Origin: Chrysomallon squamiferum
Taxonomy: Eukaryota; Animalia; Mollusca
Assembly: GCA_012295275.1 (NCBI GenBank)
Contig: CM022667.1
Location: 10,788,001-10,852,000 of the forward strand
Direction: 5' to 3'
Length of the DNA: 64,000 nucleotides
Shown here: positions 14,599-30,395 of the stretch, piece by piece
Numbering within the stretch: position 1 is the first letter of the stretch
Layout of the letters: every line of letters starts with the position of its first letter
The notes under the pieces: generated by a model
Seen by the model: the letters and a program-made list of their open reading frames with translations, nothing else
Databases searched by the model: none
What the model was told of the DNA's origin: nothing
Translations under genes and position numbers: made by a program

Positions 14599-14899
14599 TA
14601 ACAACACTAATAAAAACAATGTTTTATTTTAAAATAACAACACGTGATTCCCACACAAATGTGTGTACAAAAGGTGAAAAACAAACAGCTGTTACAAGCA
14701 AAAAAAAACTTTTTTTTCTTCTTCTTCTTTTTTTTTTTTTTTTTAATGACGTAATAAGTTACACCAATACAAAGGCTGGTGAAATAAATTACACAGTTAT
14801 TTGTAAACGTGCGCAATGCACATATACGTTGCATATATTATTTATTTAATAAACAAGTACAGGAAAACAGTATCGTCGTATTTCAAAACGTGGATTAGA

Positions 14900-15057
14900 T
14901 TCAAGCTCTTTTCATTAATCAAGTTCACATATTTGTAAATATGCACCGTAAAGATAAGTTGTGAGTTAATAATCTGTGTGTTATTTATAAACGCATATAC
15001 GTATATTTCATTAATCAAACAGATTCTGATCAAATATTATATATATATATATCTTAG

Positions 15058-15111
<54 letters not shown>

Positions 15112-15201
15112 TAAATATATATTGTAAATATATTGTAAAAATAAACACTGAATTAATTTATGATGTATGTGTGTGTGAATGTGTGTATGTGTTTGTATAT
15201 A

Positions 15202-15256
<55 letters not shown>

Positions 15257-15420
15257 GGACGTATATTTCATTAATCAAATAGATGAATTAGTAAATATAT
15301 TGTAAAAATAAACACTGAAATAATTTGTGAAATATTTAATTAATCAACTAGAAGTATCAGTAAATATACACCTGTAAAGGTAAGAACTGGATTAATTCAT
15401 AAAATATTTATATAAATATA
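14900..15420. repeat. Degenerate tandem duplication interrupted by (AT)n
   Basis: GTATATTTCATTAATCAAA at 15001 and 15261; TATTGTAAAAATAAACACTGAA at 15131 and 15298; further diverged copies near 14910 and 15335. Confidence 0.75.
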
Positions 15421-15905
15421 TAAATGTATATTTGATTAATTAGTTTTGTGTATTTGTATATAGACAAAGATACGCAGCATTGATTACGTATTCATTTATT
15501 TGTAAATATGTATCGTGATAACAAAACGCTGCATAAATTGTAATATTTATAAACAGGAGTAATAAACGTGAATATTACATTTGTAAAAGTTTTGTATTTC
15601 TTTAATATTTTAATATGATGATGGAATAAACAGATGCACAAACAGAGAGGCCATTGGTAAAAAAAATCATTTATTTTATAAATATACATTTATGTATGTA
15701 TGTTTATGAGTATGTGCGTTTGTTTACGTGTATATATGTGTTTGTATGTTTGTGTGTATGTATGTATGTATGTGTATTTATCTGTGTTTATGAATGTGTG
15801 TATGGATGTGTGTGTGTCATCAGTAGCCGTGTATATTTATAATCTATATGTATATGTACAAGTAATGTTTATATATATGTGTTTTGTATAATCTATGTAT
15901 TTGTA

Positions 15906-15980
<75 letters not shown>

Positions 15981-16125
15981 ATATGTATATATATGTATGT
16001 ATGTATGTATATGAAATGTATACGTATGTGTGTGTTTCTCTGTATGTGTATATATATTTACAAGGATGTGGCTTATAAATATTATTTTACAAGTTTCAAA
16101 ACGGGTGTCAACCCATCGCTACCTC

Positions 16126-16156
<31 letters not shown>

Positions 16157-16672
16157 TTTTCCTTCCTCGTCTTCTTCTTCTCCTACTGAATTATGAGCTT
16201 GATGTATATAAGCCTTAATGTTTTTAACTGTCGACATTCGATACAGACCTACAAATCATTCGTCATGTGTCCACACATGGGATCAAGTTTCGCTCTTAAT
16301 ATGCCCGACTCAAAAATGACGCGTCCTCAAGAACCATTTCAAATCGGCAATAAATAATTTCATATGCACACGTATACCTCTATTATCGGCGCCACGATGG
16401 TAAAATATGGGCCTTGTGTGTGGGCTGGGGGCATATTAAGTTTTACTTTTTGAGTAAACAGAAAAATGCAAATTCCACAACTATCGAAATCAGATATTCA
16501 TTTTGCTGCGCGGAAGCGTGTGAAGAGATAAGTGAAATAATATGGCGCATTAATCTCTCTGAAATAACGCGTCATAGAAGAAGGAAGAAAAATAGTGATA
16601 ATAATAAAACGTAAAAGAATAAGTCCCGGGGGTGGGGGGAGGGAAAAAATGATGATGATGATGATGATGATG

Positions 16673-16704
<32 letters not shown>

Positions 16705-16814
16705 TAATAAAATAAAAAGTAATAAAAAATTGTCGTGTACGTTTTTGATTTGTATTCAAAAACTAAAGCGGAAAATATAATAATAATAATAATAATAATA
16801 AACAATTAAAAAAT

Positions 16815-16854
<40 letters not shown>

Positions 16855-18323
16855 TAATAATTAAAATGCTGTTTTAAAATAGGACATTTTTACTGCTGTT
16901 GTCCTAGTTCGAAACTGGATCAGAAGTTACTGCGAATATATATATATTTTTTTTTGCTATACTTCGTTTCGTATTTAATTATCATTATTATTTTTTTTTT
17001 AAAAGTATTTATAATCGCTGAAACTATGAGTTTGTACAATAACCTCAACCATGAGATCCTGGCGTCATATCCACCCCTCCCCCCCACCCCATTTTTACGA
17101 CCTGGGTGGGCGTGGTTGGGGATCGCGTTTCCAGCTATGCTCAAATGCGGGTTGCTAGGTCCGTGGTCACGTGACCATAATGTTATCCCCCTCTAATTTT
17201 ACGAGCGAAAGCGCATGCGTTGATGAATTGTGAAGGTAATGCTGCCGGGGTATATTGTCTGCTAAAATTTACTTGATATGAAATTTCAAGAGGTCTCGTC
17301 TGATTTATGTCCCTTTAAAATTCGAAACAGAAAGGCCAGACGTCAAACGTCAGGTATAACGCGAACCGGAAATAAGACCGCGGACAATGAAAGAACAAAT
17401 TTGATAGGTTGTAATTCAAATAGATTTTTTTTTTTTTTTTTTTTTTTCGAAATTTCTCGACATTGCACATAAATATAATACTGTAACTGAAATTCAATTT
17501 ATTTTCCCTATCTATTTTTTTTTTTTTTCTTCAGTAGATCAATTTTTTTCTTCTTCTTCTTTTTCTTTATTTTTATTCTTTATTTATTATTATTATTATT
17601 TTTTTTTTTTCTTCTAGTGATTATCTTTAGAAATGTTTGAAAAGAAGAAGAAAATTCATTGAATAGTTTATAAAGGAGTAAAACTGGTGTTAGTCCAACG
17701 CGATTTTTATTTTGTTGTCTTTATTTTTGATACTCACAAAACGAAAAAGAAGAAAAAAAATAAAAATGTATGAATGAACAAATAAAACAAAATTGTTTTA
17801 GAATTGAAAAATGCTTTTAACAACAACAGCTAAAGACAGTGTAGTAGTAGTTGAAGTAGTACAAGTGGTAGTATTAGAAACAGTTGTAGAACTAGTAGTA
17901 GGAGAAGTAGTAGTAATAGCAGTAGTAATAATAGTATACGAACAGTAGTAGAAGTTGCAGTAATAATGATAATTAAGTAATATTAAAAGCAGAGATAGTT
18001 GAGGTAGTAACTGTTGCAGCAATATCAGCATTAGTAGTAATAGTAGATGACTGACAGTTATAAATATGATGATAATTATTAAATAACGAATAACGTATTA
18101 ATCCCGAAAAGACTAATACACAGACTGACACAATACTTATCTTTTTTAATACATTTTTAATGCCCTCTTACCAATTGTCATTCTATCTGTCTGTTTGTCT
18201 GTGTCTGGTTATATTTGTCTCACTACAGTATTTTAAATTTAAGAAAAAAAAAAAATATATATAAACATTTTTATAAATTTTTAATTTTTTGCTTTATTAA
18301 TCATCCAGGGCTCTGAGCTTCTC

Positions 18324-18410
18324 CATCTGCCGACACCTTAGTAACGTCAGTCACGTGACGTCATCTGCCGAAACCTTAGTAACGTCAGTCACGTGACGTC
18401 ACCTGCTGAC
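18324..18410. repeat. 2.3 copies of a 38-bp unit containing overlapping E-box and CRE palindromes
   Basis: CATCTGCCGA(C/A)ACCTTAGTAACGTCAGTCACGTGACGT at 18324 and 18362 (one mismatch), with a partial third copy at 18400. Confidence 0.95.
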
Positions 18411-19129
18411 GCGAACGTCTGCAGACGCACGCGCTCGTCGTTATTACGTAACGTCGACAGTCTCGCGACATGCAACCTCGTTTAAAAAAAAAAAAAAAAA
18501 AAAAAATGACAACCTACTTCACCGGCGCATGAAAACAAGATGTGGCAGACGTAACAGCGTTTATCCAGTTAGTGTCAGTTTCACCAACAACCCCGCCTCG
18601 CGCTGCACGAGCCGGTCACGTGATCACTGGAAAAAAAAAAAAAAAGAGTTAAGTGAAAATGAGAAATTCGTGTTTCTGTGTAATTCTCTTCATTGGTCCG
18701 GCGTTTTGCTTTTAGCTGCTGAAGCGAGAAGTGAACGCGTTTGATTAAAGGCGAATTCTTCACACTAAATGATTTGTAGTAATGATTTAATTTATTCATC
18801 GATGTAACAGGGACAATTATAATGCTTGCAATACACTGAGTGCCTTTGCGAGCATGCGTGTCTGTCTATGGATGGATGGGTAATATGTGTGTGTGTGTGT
18901 GTGTGTATGTGTCAGTCCGTCAGTCTATCTTTCTCACTATCTGTAATATGTGTGTGTATGAATAAACATGCAAGGACACTAATATGTTCTAATATGTATA
19001 TATTGTGTTAAGTGTGGCTGAACATTTGTATATATGAACGATCGTACGTACGTATGTATGTACGTCACTGAAAGATATAAAACTGTAATAAAAGCAATGA
19101 CAACAAAGTTGATCAAACGAGTACATCCA

Positions 19130-20350
19130 GCTTTAACAAACCAGTCATGTCGTAATTTACAGCTGCGTTCACCTCTCTCCGACAGAAACGGACATTACCA
19201 CGTGACCCCTTCTTCCTGGTCGTTAACGATATGTTAAACTACAGATCAACAAAAGAAAAGGCCCATTAAAAAGGTTACAGACGAGTCTTCAAACACGCAT
19301 TACCCCCTTTCACGATTTGCACGGTGTGTGTGTGTGACTGATTTAATGTCCGCCATCTTGGATACGGTACCCCTCTTTCTCTCTCTCTCTCTCTCTTTCT
19401 CTCTCGCAGCTATGTTAAAACGGTTATGGATATTGTTGAGACGGGGGACAGTTCCCTTGTGTTTTATTGCCTCGGCCGCTCTTTCAAAAGATGTTAGCGA
19501 CTCGAAAGCAAGACGAACTTTCGGAGTTGCGCCAAAAGTGTAACCCGTAACCGTCTAATGTTTCCCCAGCGGCCAATAAATTAGAGACCGGGGTCAGTGC
19601 TCGTGTGAAATCGAGCCCGAAGTAAGACCCTGAAACTTTACATGACTAAACTGTCGCTCGCGGAGATGATAACGTTCTTGTCGCCGCGACACATTACGGA
19701 GCTAGTCCGCCGCTGTTTCGTATCGCCTCGAAGGAAGAAGAAGAAGAAAAAAACGTTTCTGTTCGAAACGCGTGAATTCCTCCTCTTTGATCCGAGCACC
19801 GGCGAATTTGATGTACGGTTAAAATCCGTGATAGACCCCCGTGTATTGGAAATTTTAATTAGGAAATGAAATTCATTAGGGTAATCAGTGAACATAACCC
19901 CCATGCCCTCCATAATTGCAGGGGTCGACTTTTACTGCCTGGGAAACGATTCAGTCTTTACGTCTGCTAATATGCACGAGACGAAGAAGAAGAAAAAAAA
20001 AAAAAAAATTAAAATTAAAAAATAAAAATAAAAGCAGAAGGACAAATCATGTTCTTTTTTTTTGATAAAAGATGTCGTTTAACGAACAACAACAAAAAAA
20101 AAATAAAAATAAAAAATATCGTCGTCTGCAATTCTCGCTCGAGGCGGGAATTATTATATTTTTTGGCGGGAAAATATAATGTCGAACGAGACACGTTTTT
20201 CTGAAACGTAAAACCCCGTGAACACGGTTTTCTTCAAAGCGTTGCGAACGTTATCATTTTCTCCTGATTCGAAGCCGAGGGCGTCTTTGTGCGCCTGAAT
20301 TATACGCTATTATATTCGCCACAGACAAATTATATCATTTTTCTTGGATC
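19130..20350. promoter_or_regulatory. Large CpG-rich non-coding island, candidate enhancer
   Basis: High CpG density, YY1-type CCGCCATCTT (19350-19359) beside a (CT)n tract, two E2F-type GGCGGGAA sites (20143, 20165), and no credible ORF. Confidence 0.4.
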
Positions 20351-20561
20351 ATATTCATCTGTTCGCACGTTTGAAGTACGGATTCAGATTTCTAACACGC
20401 TATGTACTTATATTTGACTAACAAAGCTTCAATTTTTATTTTAAAAAAATAAAAAAATAAAAAAAAATATCTTCTTTATCTTAACCCTTATTATTATTCC
20501 TCCTTCCCAACCCCATCCCCGGTACAGTTTCTTTTTAAATTTAAATTTGAAAAAAAAATTA

Positions 20562-20616
<55 letters not shown>

Positions 20617-21201
20617 TAAACTGACGCAGTCGGTAACAAAAAGATTTTCACATATTAATTTGTTGCCTTAGGTCATCAGGTGTCAAGAAGAAGAAAAAAA
20701 AAAATGATGTGCTTAATAACAAAGCAATTTTCTTTTCATATTTCTTTTATAAGAAAGAAAAAAAGAAGATGAAGAAAACTTTAAGGGAAATTTAAAAAAA
20801 AAGACAAAAAAATCCCACATATTTCAATCCTGTGAATAATATTTGACAAATATTTTATAATTATTTGTGTTTTTTTTTGTTGTTTTTTAATGTGTGTTAA
20901 ATAATTGATTTTACTGTTTTATTTCTTCTATTTTAAAAAAGAAAAGGAAAAGAAAAAGAACAAAGGTTTCACCTTGCCGTTTATTTTGCACACTTACATC
21001 GAAATGATTATCATAAAATCAGCGATGACAAGACGTAGAAGATACTGCAGTCATTGTATAGTAATCTTATGACGACATTAATATGCAAATGACGCAAATT
21101 TTAAATGAAATGTGTTTATTGGGATTAATAACAAGTGGATTTGATTGTGTGGGAAGACATAAGTAGAATATAGGTGTATTTAATCATATATGTCTTACAT
21201 A

Positions 21202-21235
<34 letters not shown>

Positions 21236-21317
21236 GATACATACATACATACATACATACATATCAAAACATAACAAAGAAAAATACTTTCAAATTAAAT
21301 AATTACCTATTTCTCCA

Positions 21318-21437
<120 letters not shown>

Positions 21438-21788
21438 ATCTAGATAGATAGACACAGATACTGATGAACAGATATCCTCACAGATATATAAATACAAACG
21501 TATTCATCTTTGATAAGCCGTCAGAAAGACCTGATTCAGCTAGACAAGTATTTTAACAATCTTTCATGACAGGCAGCCATTAAGATCATTGCTTGAATAT
21601 TTTTCTCATGATAGCGTCAACGTTTCCAGTTTCAAATTAGACCGAAATAGCCTCACCGTGTCAACATTTTGTATATAGTTTCATGTTTGCTCATAACACA
21701 TACAATAAATCTATTGTTTGTTTTACCTTTCGGTTTTGACTCGCGAAAAAATGTCTTCTTTTTGGGGGTGTGTTGGTTATTATTGTTG

Positions 21789-21843
<55 letters not shown>

Positions 21844-21875
21844 CGTTATTATTGTTATTATTATTAATATCATTA

Positions 21876-21918
<43 letters not shown>

Positions 21919-21945
21919 TGCTACTTACTACTATCAATACTACTA

Positions 21946-21980
<35 letters not shown>

Positions 21981-21992
21981 TTATCAGTATAT

Positions 21993-22027
<35 letters not shown>

Positions 22028-24662
22028 TTACTTCTGCTACTACTATTACTACCACTATTTCTTTCTTATAGTTCTTTTATCCATAAACAACGGTGCATTT
22101 CAATGATAGGTGGTGTATAACAGGGATATAATCCTGCCTAGTTATTTCTGTTCATTGGTAACGTTTGCATGTGATAGATGCATGTGTACCTGTTATTAAA
22201 ATTCAAAGCATGGAGATTATATTTTCAAATGTCGTCTTACATGAATGCATTGCCTTTCACTGCAGAACAACAGAATAATTTTCTAATTAGCATTCAATGT
22301 CTCGGTGACAAATGCATTATTTGTCACTTTGCCATAAAATGTCCAACACAGCAACAAAGAAAGAACAAATGGGTGTTTTAATGGTTGTGTCGGAATATCT
22401 GTCTCAACAGCTACATAACATTTATTACGTTTGATAGTGTGTGTATATATATTTATGTTGACTTTGTACAAATAGGTAACTTTGTAACGATTATAGAAAG
22501 AACGTTATACGAAATATCTATATCTACAACTATATCTATAACCATATCTATGTCTGTCTCTATGTCTCTATGTCTGTCTGTCTAACCATCCATCCATCTA
22601 TCTGTCTTCTATCTATCTGTCAATCTAGCTATCTATATATGTATCTGTGTGTGTGTGTGTGTGTGTATGTGTTTGTACATAAATTCATTTAAACATATGT
22701 GATGTATACATAGATAGATGTTTGTGTGTCTATATCTCTATATGTATCTATGTATCTCCCTGTCTGTCTGTCTGTCCACATATAGAAAACACATAACGTC
22801 TTGTAGTAAATTCATAATATTGTTGTTGTAGTTGTTGTTGCTGTTGTTGTTGTTATTATTATTATTATTATTGTTGTTGTTGTTGTTGCCGTTGTTGTTG
22901 ACTAACCCACACTGATTAATTTCATTACGTTCGGCTTCGTTCGGCTAAGCTCGGCTTAACTCGACAACCTTCGTAAGTGGTTACGTTCCCTTTCACCTGA
23001 TTGGTTGCCGACGTTTCGTGCGGCCTTCAAATCATGTGACTTGCAATCAGCGAGACCGGATGTCCAACTCTGGACTCGTAATTTCCATCTCCCGTGGCTA
23101 GTTTACGAGATTTTATCGTCGATCTCAAATAGGAACTTCATCAGGGGCACGGAAATATGTAGATTTTTAGTCTCGTTACCGAGATGAACCGCGCTGCAAA
23201 ACATAAAGCCGAGAGTGCCCGACCACACGCGATGTCGACTCGTCTCGAAAAGTAACGAACGTGTAACTAGATTTGCTATAGTGGCACAGCATTAAGCGAA
23301 ATCTTTTCACTTAAATTGATGAAATTTCTGATCCCATTTACTCATATATATATATGTATATCTAGAGCTTGTTAATCATCGTAGTTCGCAGTCGTAGTCG
23401 TAGTCGTAATCGTTGTCGTAGTAGTTGCTGTAGTCGTAATAGAAATGGTAGCAGGTAGAAGTAGCAGTAGTGAGTAATTGTAGTAAAAGTAGTAGCAATA
23501 GTAGCAGTAGTAGTAGTAGTAATAATTATGATGATGACGATGACGATCGTAATGATGATAACAACAACAACAGCAGCAGCAGCAACAGTAAAACATCAGC
23601 TTTTTAAAACCAAGGTAATTAAAACAAATCGAGACATCTGTATTTATTTGTCATCCATCTCGATGAATTAAATCAGTTCCGCACACACCTTCATGAATTA
23701 TGTTTTATTTATCAGCAGAAGGATTTACAAGTGTAATTACAGTAGTAATATGAATCCTTATTATATCTAGTGTATATTCAGTATGTTAATTTATTTACAT
23801 ACACTTTAATAAAGAATCTTTTGTTATGCAAAAAACAAAAACAAAAAACCCCAAAACAGGACCTTGGACAACGGTAATATCATTTTGCATACAAGTTGTT
23901 CTATTATTTCATTCATCCATCATTTGTCCATCCATCCATCCATCCATCATCCATCCATCCATCCATCCATCCATATATATCGCCATCTCTCCTCACCTAT
24001 TTTTTTCTTTTATTTTCTCTCTGTCTCTCTCTCTCTCTCTCACAACGCCATTAAATTACATTTACGATTGTATTTATTTTATTTTATTTATACTCGATTC
24101 AAATACCAGATCACTAATGTAATAAAAGCAAGTACACGAGCCGCGGTGAGAAAAACCAGACACAGATTAAATAAATAAAAAAAAAAAAAAAAAAATAAAA
24201 AAAACCCACCTCACCTCATTCATCAATCTCATCTATCTTCTCTCAGCTTCTCGGAAATGACGCAAAAAGCGTATTTTATTATTTCTCCTAATTCTTGTAT
24301 TTAACATTAAAAGCGTTATTATAAAGAAAGAGATTCTTTCGGACCTGGCTAATAATTTTTCCTGAACTCCTCAAATTAACTACGGGGAGACGAGGATTAA
24401 TCAGACTGTGAAGAACTGTTATAAAAATTCTTAGCGTTAATGCAATAATGTGATAAGGAATATGATCTCGGAGCTAAATTATGTCTACGGTTGATTCTGA
24501 TTTCTGCTAATAACAATCTCGTTAATGTTCCCGAACTTCGCCATTACGCCACAGGACACTGAGGAATTTGTAGCGTCGCTTAGCTTTTCATAATTAGTCC
24601 GACGCACGGCCGATTAGACACCGAAATCTTTAGTTGCGCCGTACACATCTGCGAGCCAACAC

Positions 24663-24698
<36 letters not shown>

Positions 24699-24712
24699 TC
24701 AATCAGTTTGAA

Positions 24713-25071
24713 GACGTCATTATTATTCAACTTCCGGACATTTTTTTTTGTCCTTTTTCTGACGCCATTATTACAGACATCCGGTTTTTATTTTATTTTT
24801 TTGACGCCATTATAAAACACATCTGAGAATCCTTTTATTTTATTTTTATTTTTTTTTTTTTCTTCATCGCCATTATTATTATTATTATTATTATATTCAT
24901 CCGGGCACTTTTTTTTACTTTTTTTTCCCCCTAGACGCCATTATGTCACCTATCGGAGGCCTTTGCTCGGTTATTTCTCACTCCATTACGAGGTATATCC
25001 GGGTCTATTTCTGACGCCATTATTATGTACATCCGGGGATTTCTCTGACGCCATTATTGGCTACATCCGGG
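24713..25071. repeat. Degenerate ~34-bp minisatellite, about 8 units, consensus TTTCTGACGCCATTATTAnnnACATCCGGG
   Basis: GACG(C/T)CATTAT at 24713, 24761, 24803, 24934, 25013 and 25047, with diverged copies at ~24866 and ~24979. Most are followed by a TCCGG core, usually CATCCGG. Confidence 0.9.
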
Positions 25072-25435
25072 ACTTTCTGCAGCGGGTGTTCCGACGGCGG
25101 TGAAAAACGATAGCGCGAACATTGTCATAAAAATAAAAGGAAATTTGTCATAAATCATCGTTTGCTTTTGACTCGGCGGACGAAAATATTCCGTGACGTT
25201 GGCGATTTCATCGTCGACAACGCTTCCTACGTGTCGATATTTCTCTCCAGGATTTCGCCGCGCGGAACGCGAGCAAGTAACGGACCCAGAAATTTCCACA
25301 TCAAGATACATCTGCAGTAATTTATTACCCAATAAATGATATATCGCATGTTAATTCCAATCACGGTCAATAGAAAAGGAATTTTTCATTCCTATAATTC
25401 AAAATACCACGTCAAATGGATATAAAAAAAAAAAA

Positions 25436-25468
<33 letters not shown>

Positions 25469-25854
25469 AAAAAAAAAAAAAAGAAGCTAAAAATGATCCT
25501 TTTCTGGTTCTTGTCATTTGATTAAAGCCAAAAGAAAATGTTGAATTTATCCAGGATCTCTGGGTTTTTTAATTAATAAAATTTAAACCATAAACTCCAA
25601 ATGAGGAACGGGGAGAGAGAGAGAGAGAAAAAAAAAAAAAAAAAAAAAATTAACGGCCCAACTCGATTGATCATCGTAAAAGCATCGTAAGCAAAAATAA
25701 CGTCCCGGACATCAATCTATGTTACAATTTTTTTCAATTATTTCCCCTTGTGTTGTTCTCCATTTGTTTTAATTACTGCTTAATCTAGTAATCGGCTGTG
25801 CCCTTTGTTCCTCCCCTTTTTACCACTTGCATTGCCCAAGCACCTCCCCAATTT

Positions 25855-25896
<42 letters not shown>

Positions 25897-26443
25897 AAAA
25901 AGCGAACAAACGAAACAACTAAACAACAAAAGAATTACGCAGGAAAAAAATTAAAAAATGACACAGCTACTACTACTACTACTACCACTCTATTATTACT
26001 ACTGCTACTACATACACTATTACTACTTGTACTTGCACTACTGTTCCTACTTGTACCATTACCACAAGTTATTGTTTAACTGCACTACTATTATAAATTC
26101 TACTATGACTGTTGCTACTACTAATACTTCTACTACTACTACACCACCACCACTATTTCTACTTCTACTACTACAACTACTACTACTGTTGCTGCAACTT
26201 CTACAACTACTACTACTACTACTACTACTACTTACACTATGGAAATCAAATGAGATTACGTTTCATCTTTGTGTAAATAAATGAGTAAACATCAAACAGA
26301 CAAAAGTAAATAAATAAATAAAGACGTAAATAAACAAATAAATAATAAAATAAATATATAAGCAAGCAAATAAGCAAACAAACAACGAGAAAGCTTTAAA
26401 AAAATATATTAATAAAATAATAATGACAAATACATAGATATTG

Positions 26444-26480
<37 letters not shown>

Positions 26481-27063
26481 AAAAATACAGAATGAGAAAA
26501 ATATAGACAAACATAAAGAAAACCAAAAAAGAAAAAAAAAAAAAAAACAGAAAAATGAAATAAAATTTGTTTCGCCTTGCATTAATACCGCGCCGCAATA
26601 TAAATAATTTCGCGACAAACAACAAAAGATCTTGTATATTTAGTGGGCAGCGCTGTTAACCAAACATGAATATTAATAAAACATTTTTACATTATAACTC
26701 GCACCGTGCACAAAAAGAGATGAACACAATACTAGTCTTACAGAATATCTCGAAGTAATTCGCTCTGCATGTGGGTATATTGACTTTCATTTGTGTGTAC
26801 CGACGTAAGGCCTATGTGTTACCTATCATTTCGGAATTTGCTGCAGTATTTGCTCAAGCAATATACACGCTGTCGCGCTCAATAGGGGTATTATTCAGGG
26901 TGTAAGCGAGGGTATTGGTAAGGCGATGAGCCGGCCATGTGATACAGATTTAATATTAGTGGGCTGTCTTTGAAATACAAATTCGAAGATTGACGCTCGA
27001 ATGAGAAGTGGTTGTGGATATGATATTGATTGCTTGTTTATTGTATGTTGCGGATAATGAATA

Positions 27064-28660
<1,597 letters not shown>

Positions 28661-29875
28661 TATGTTTGCATATTTATGCTGGGTGAATATAACTGATAAC
28701 ATAATTTATTTTTATTATTATTTTTTTTCCTGTTCTCGATACTTCCTCAATAATTAAATTTACTCTTCAACACAAACACATCTGCAAATACTTCCACAGT
28801 TGATCTACGCATGCTCTCACACAAAATCTTTCCCATAATTCCCCGATAAAATGCATGGCACGTGCTGAATTAAAATAAAAACAAAAATTTCACAAAAGTT
28901 ACAAATTCCTTTCACGAAAATCAAAATATTTTATTTACTTTTTTTTTTTAAATAAATATTAAATTTTGCATTCTTTCGTCGCTCTCCGCCACGTCAAAAA
29001 AAAAAAAAAAAAAAAAAAATTCCTTCCCAAGATTCTTTGCGAACCAACATGGCGGCGCGTGTTGGTGTTTGATCTTCAAAATTCCGACAGACTAGTTGGC
29101 ATTAAATTGATATTTGTAAAACTGGGGTATGATCGCCAGGCTAATATTTATGCAGACAATATGCGGGGGCTGTTCTCTGTGTTATCAAACGCCAATATAA
29201 TGTTGAGATAAAAATACCAAGCGTGTGTTGTTTTTTTTTTGAAAAGTCATATCAAATTGTGGCGTGGATCTCGGAATATTTGTCTTTCTGAGAAATAAAA
29301 CAATTTGCCAACAATAAAGGCGAGGGTTTATTTTTTTTTCTCTCTCTTTCTTTTTTTCTGTTCGTTGTGTCAGCGAGGTTTTTTTTTTTTTTGCTTATTA
29401 CTAGATGATATACGAGATGTTACTGATGTTTATATGATATTTCCATGACTGTTGTTGCTGTTGGTGTTGTTGCTGTTGTCGTTTCCTCTGCTGCAAGTTC
29501 TACTGTTATCACAATCACCACAATTACTTACATTGTTACTATTACTACTACTACCGCTGCTGCTGCAACTACTACTACCACACCTGCTACTGCTACTACT
29601 ACTAATGTTACTACTATACTACTACTACCGCTACTACTACTATTATTATTACCATTGCTACTGCTATAACTATTACAACTACTATTTCAGATGTAATAAA
29701 ACAATGACAGCAAATATAATTTATATGATAATAATGATATAGTGATGACAATTATGATAACAATAATTACCATGGTTATATTAATAACAGCAATGAAAAA
29801 TAATGAAAATAACGATGATGGCTTTGATGACGATAACAATAAAGCAACAACAGCAACGACAACGACAATAATAAC

Positions 29876-29938
<63 letters not shown>

Positions 29939-30352
29939 TTGAAAATCGTGTAATTTCAATTTGGAAGCAAACAGCTGAAATAACAACATGGCCTTTTTAA
30001 TTTTTAAAATTTAATTATTATTATTTTTTCCTTTTTTTTTCAAAATGTAAATTACAGAGACAAGGAGCATCACGTGACTTTTATAAGCCGACACGTGATC
30101 TTTGTAAAATGCCTCAAGGACTTCAGATCCTTCCCAGGCTCTAACTCAGATTTCCCCCCACCACACCCCTCCCCCCACCATCCCCCGACCTTCCCTAAAG
30201 AGCATTTCTGAAACGAGGCTGAGGAACAGCTGCTGGAACCCGAACCGTGTTTTTAAAACCACTGAAGCGTGGAATATGATAAGCCCTCACACAAAACGAG
30301 AAAACTGAATGTGTAATTTGCTGGTTTATGATTTTTTTTTTTTTTCTTCTTC

Positions 30353-30395
<43 letters not shown>

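Noticed and set aside
19328-19913. Non-repetitive-looking ORFs at 19328-19543 and 19638-19913
   Set aside because: Short, no recognisable domain, and containing (CT)n or (GAA)n/A-runs. Expected by chance in a GC-richer island.
911-21156. Su(H)/RBPJ-type GTGGGAA/TTCCCAC sites (about 5)
   Set aside because: Scattered, not paired, and close to chance expectation for a 7-mer on both strands.
24713-25071. CRISPR-like repeat-spacer appearance
   Set aside because: Eukaryotic context, no cas genes, repeats not identical, and spacers low-complexity and unequal. Better explained as a degenerate minisatellite.
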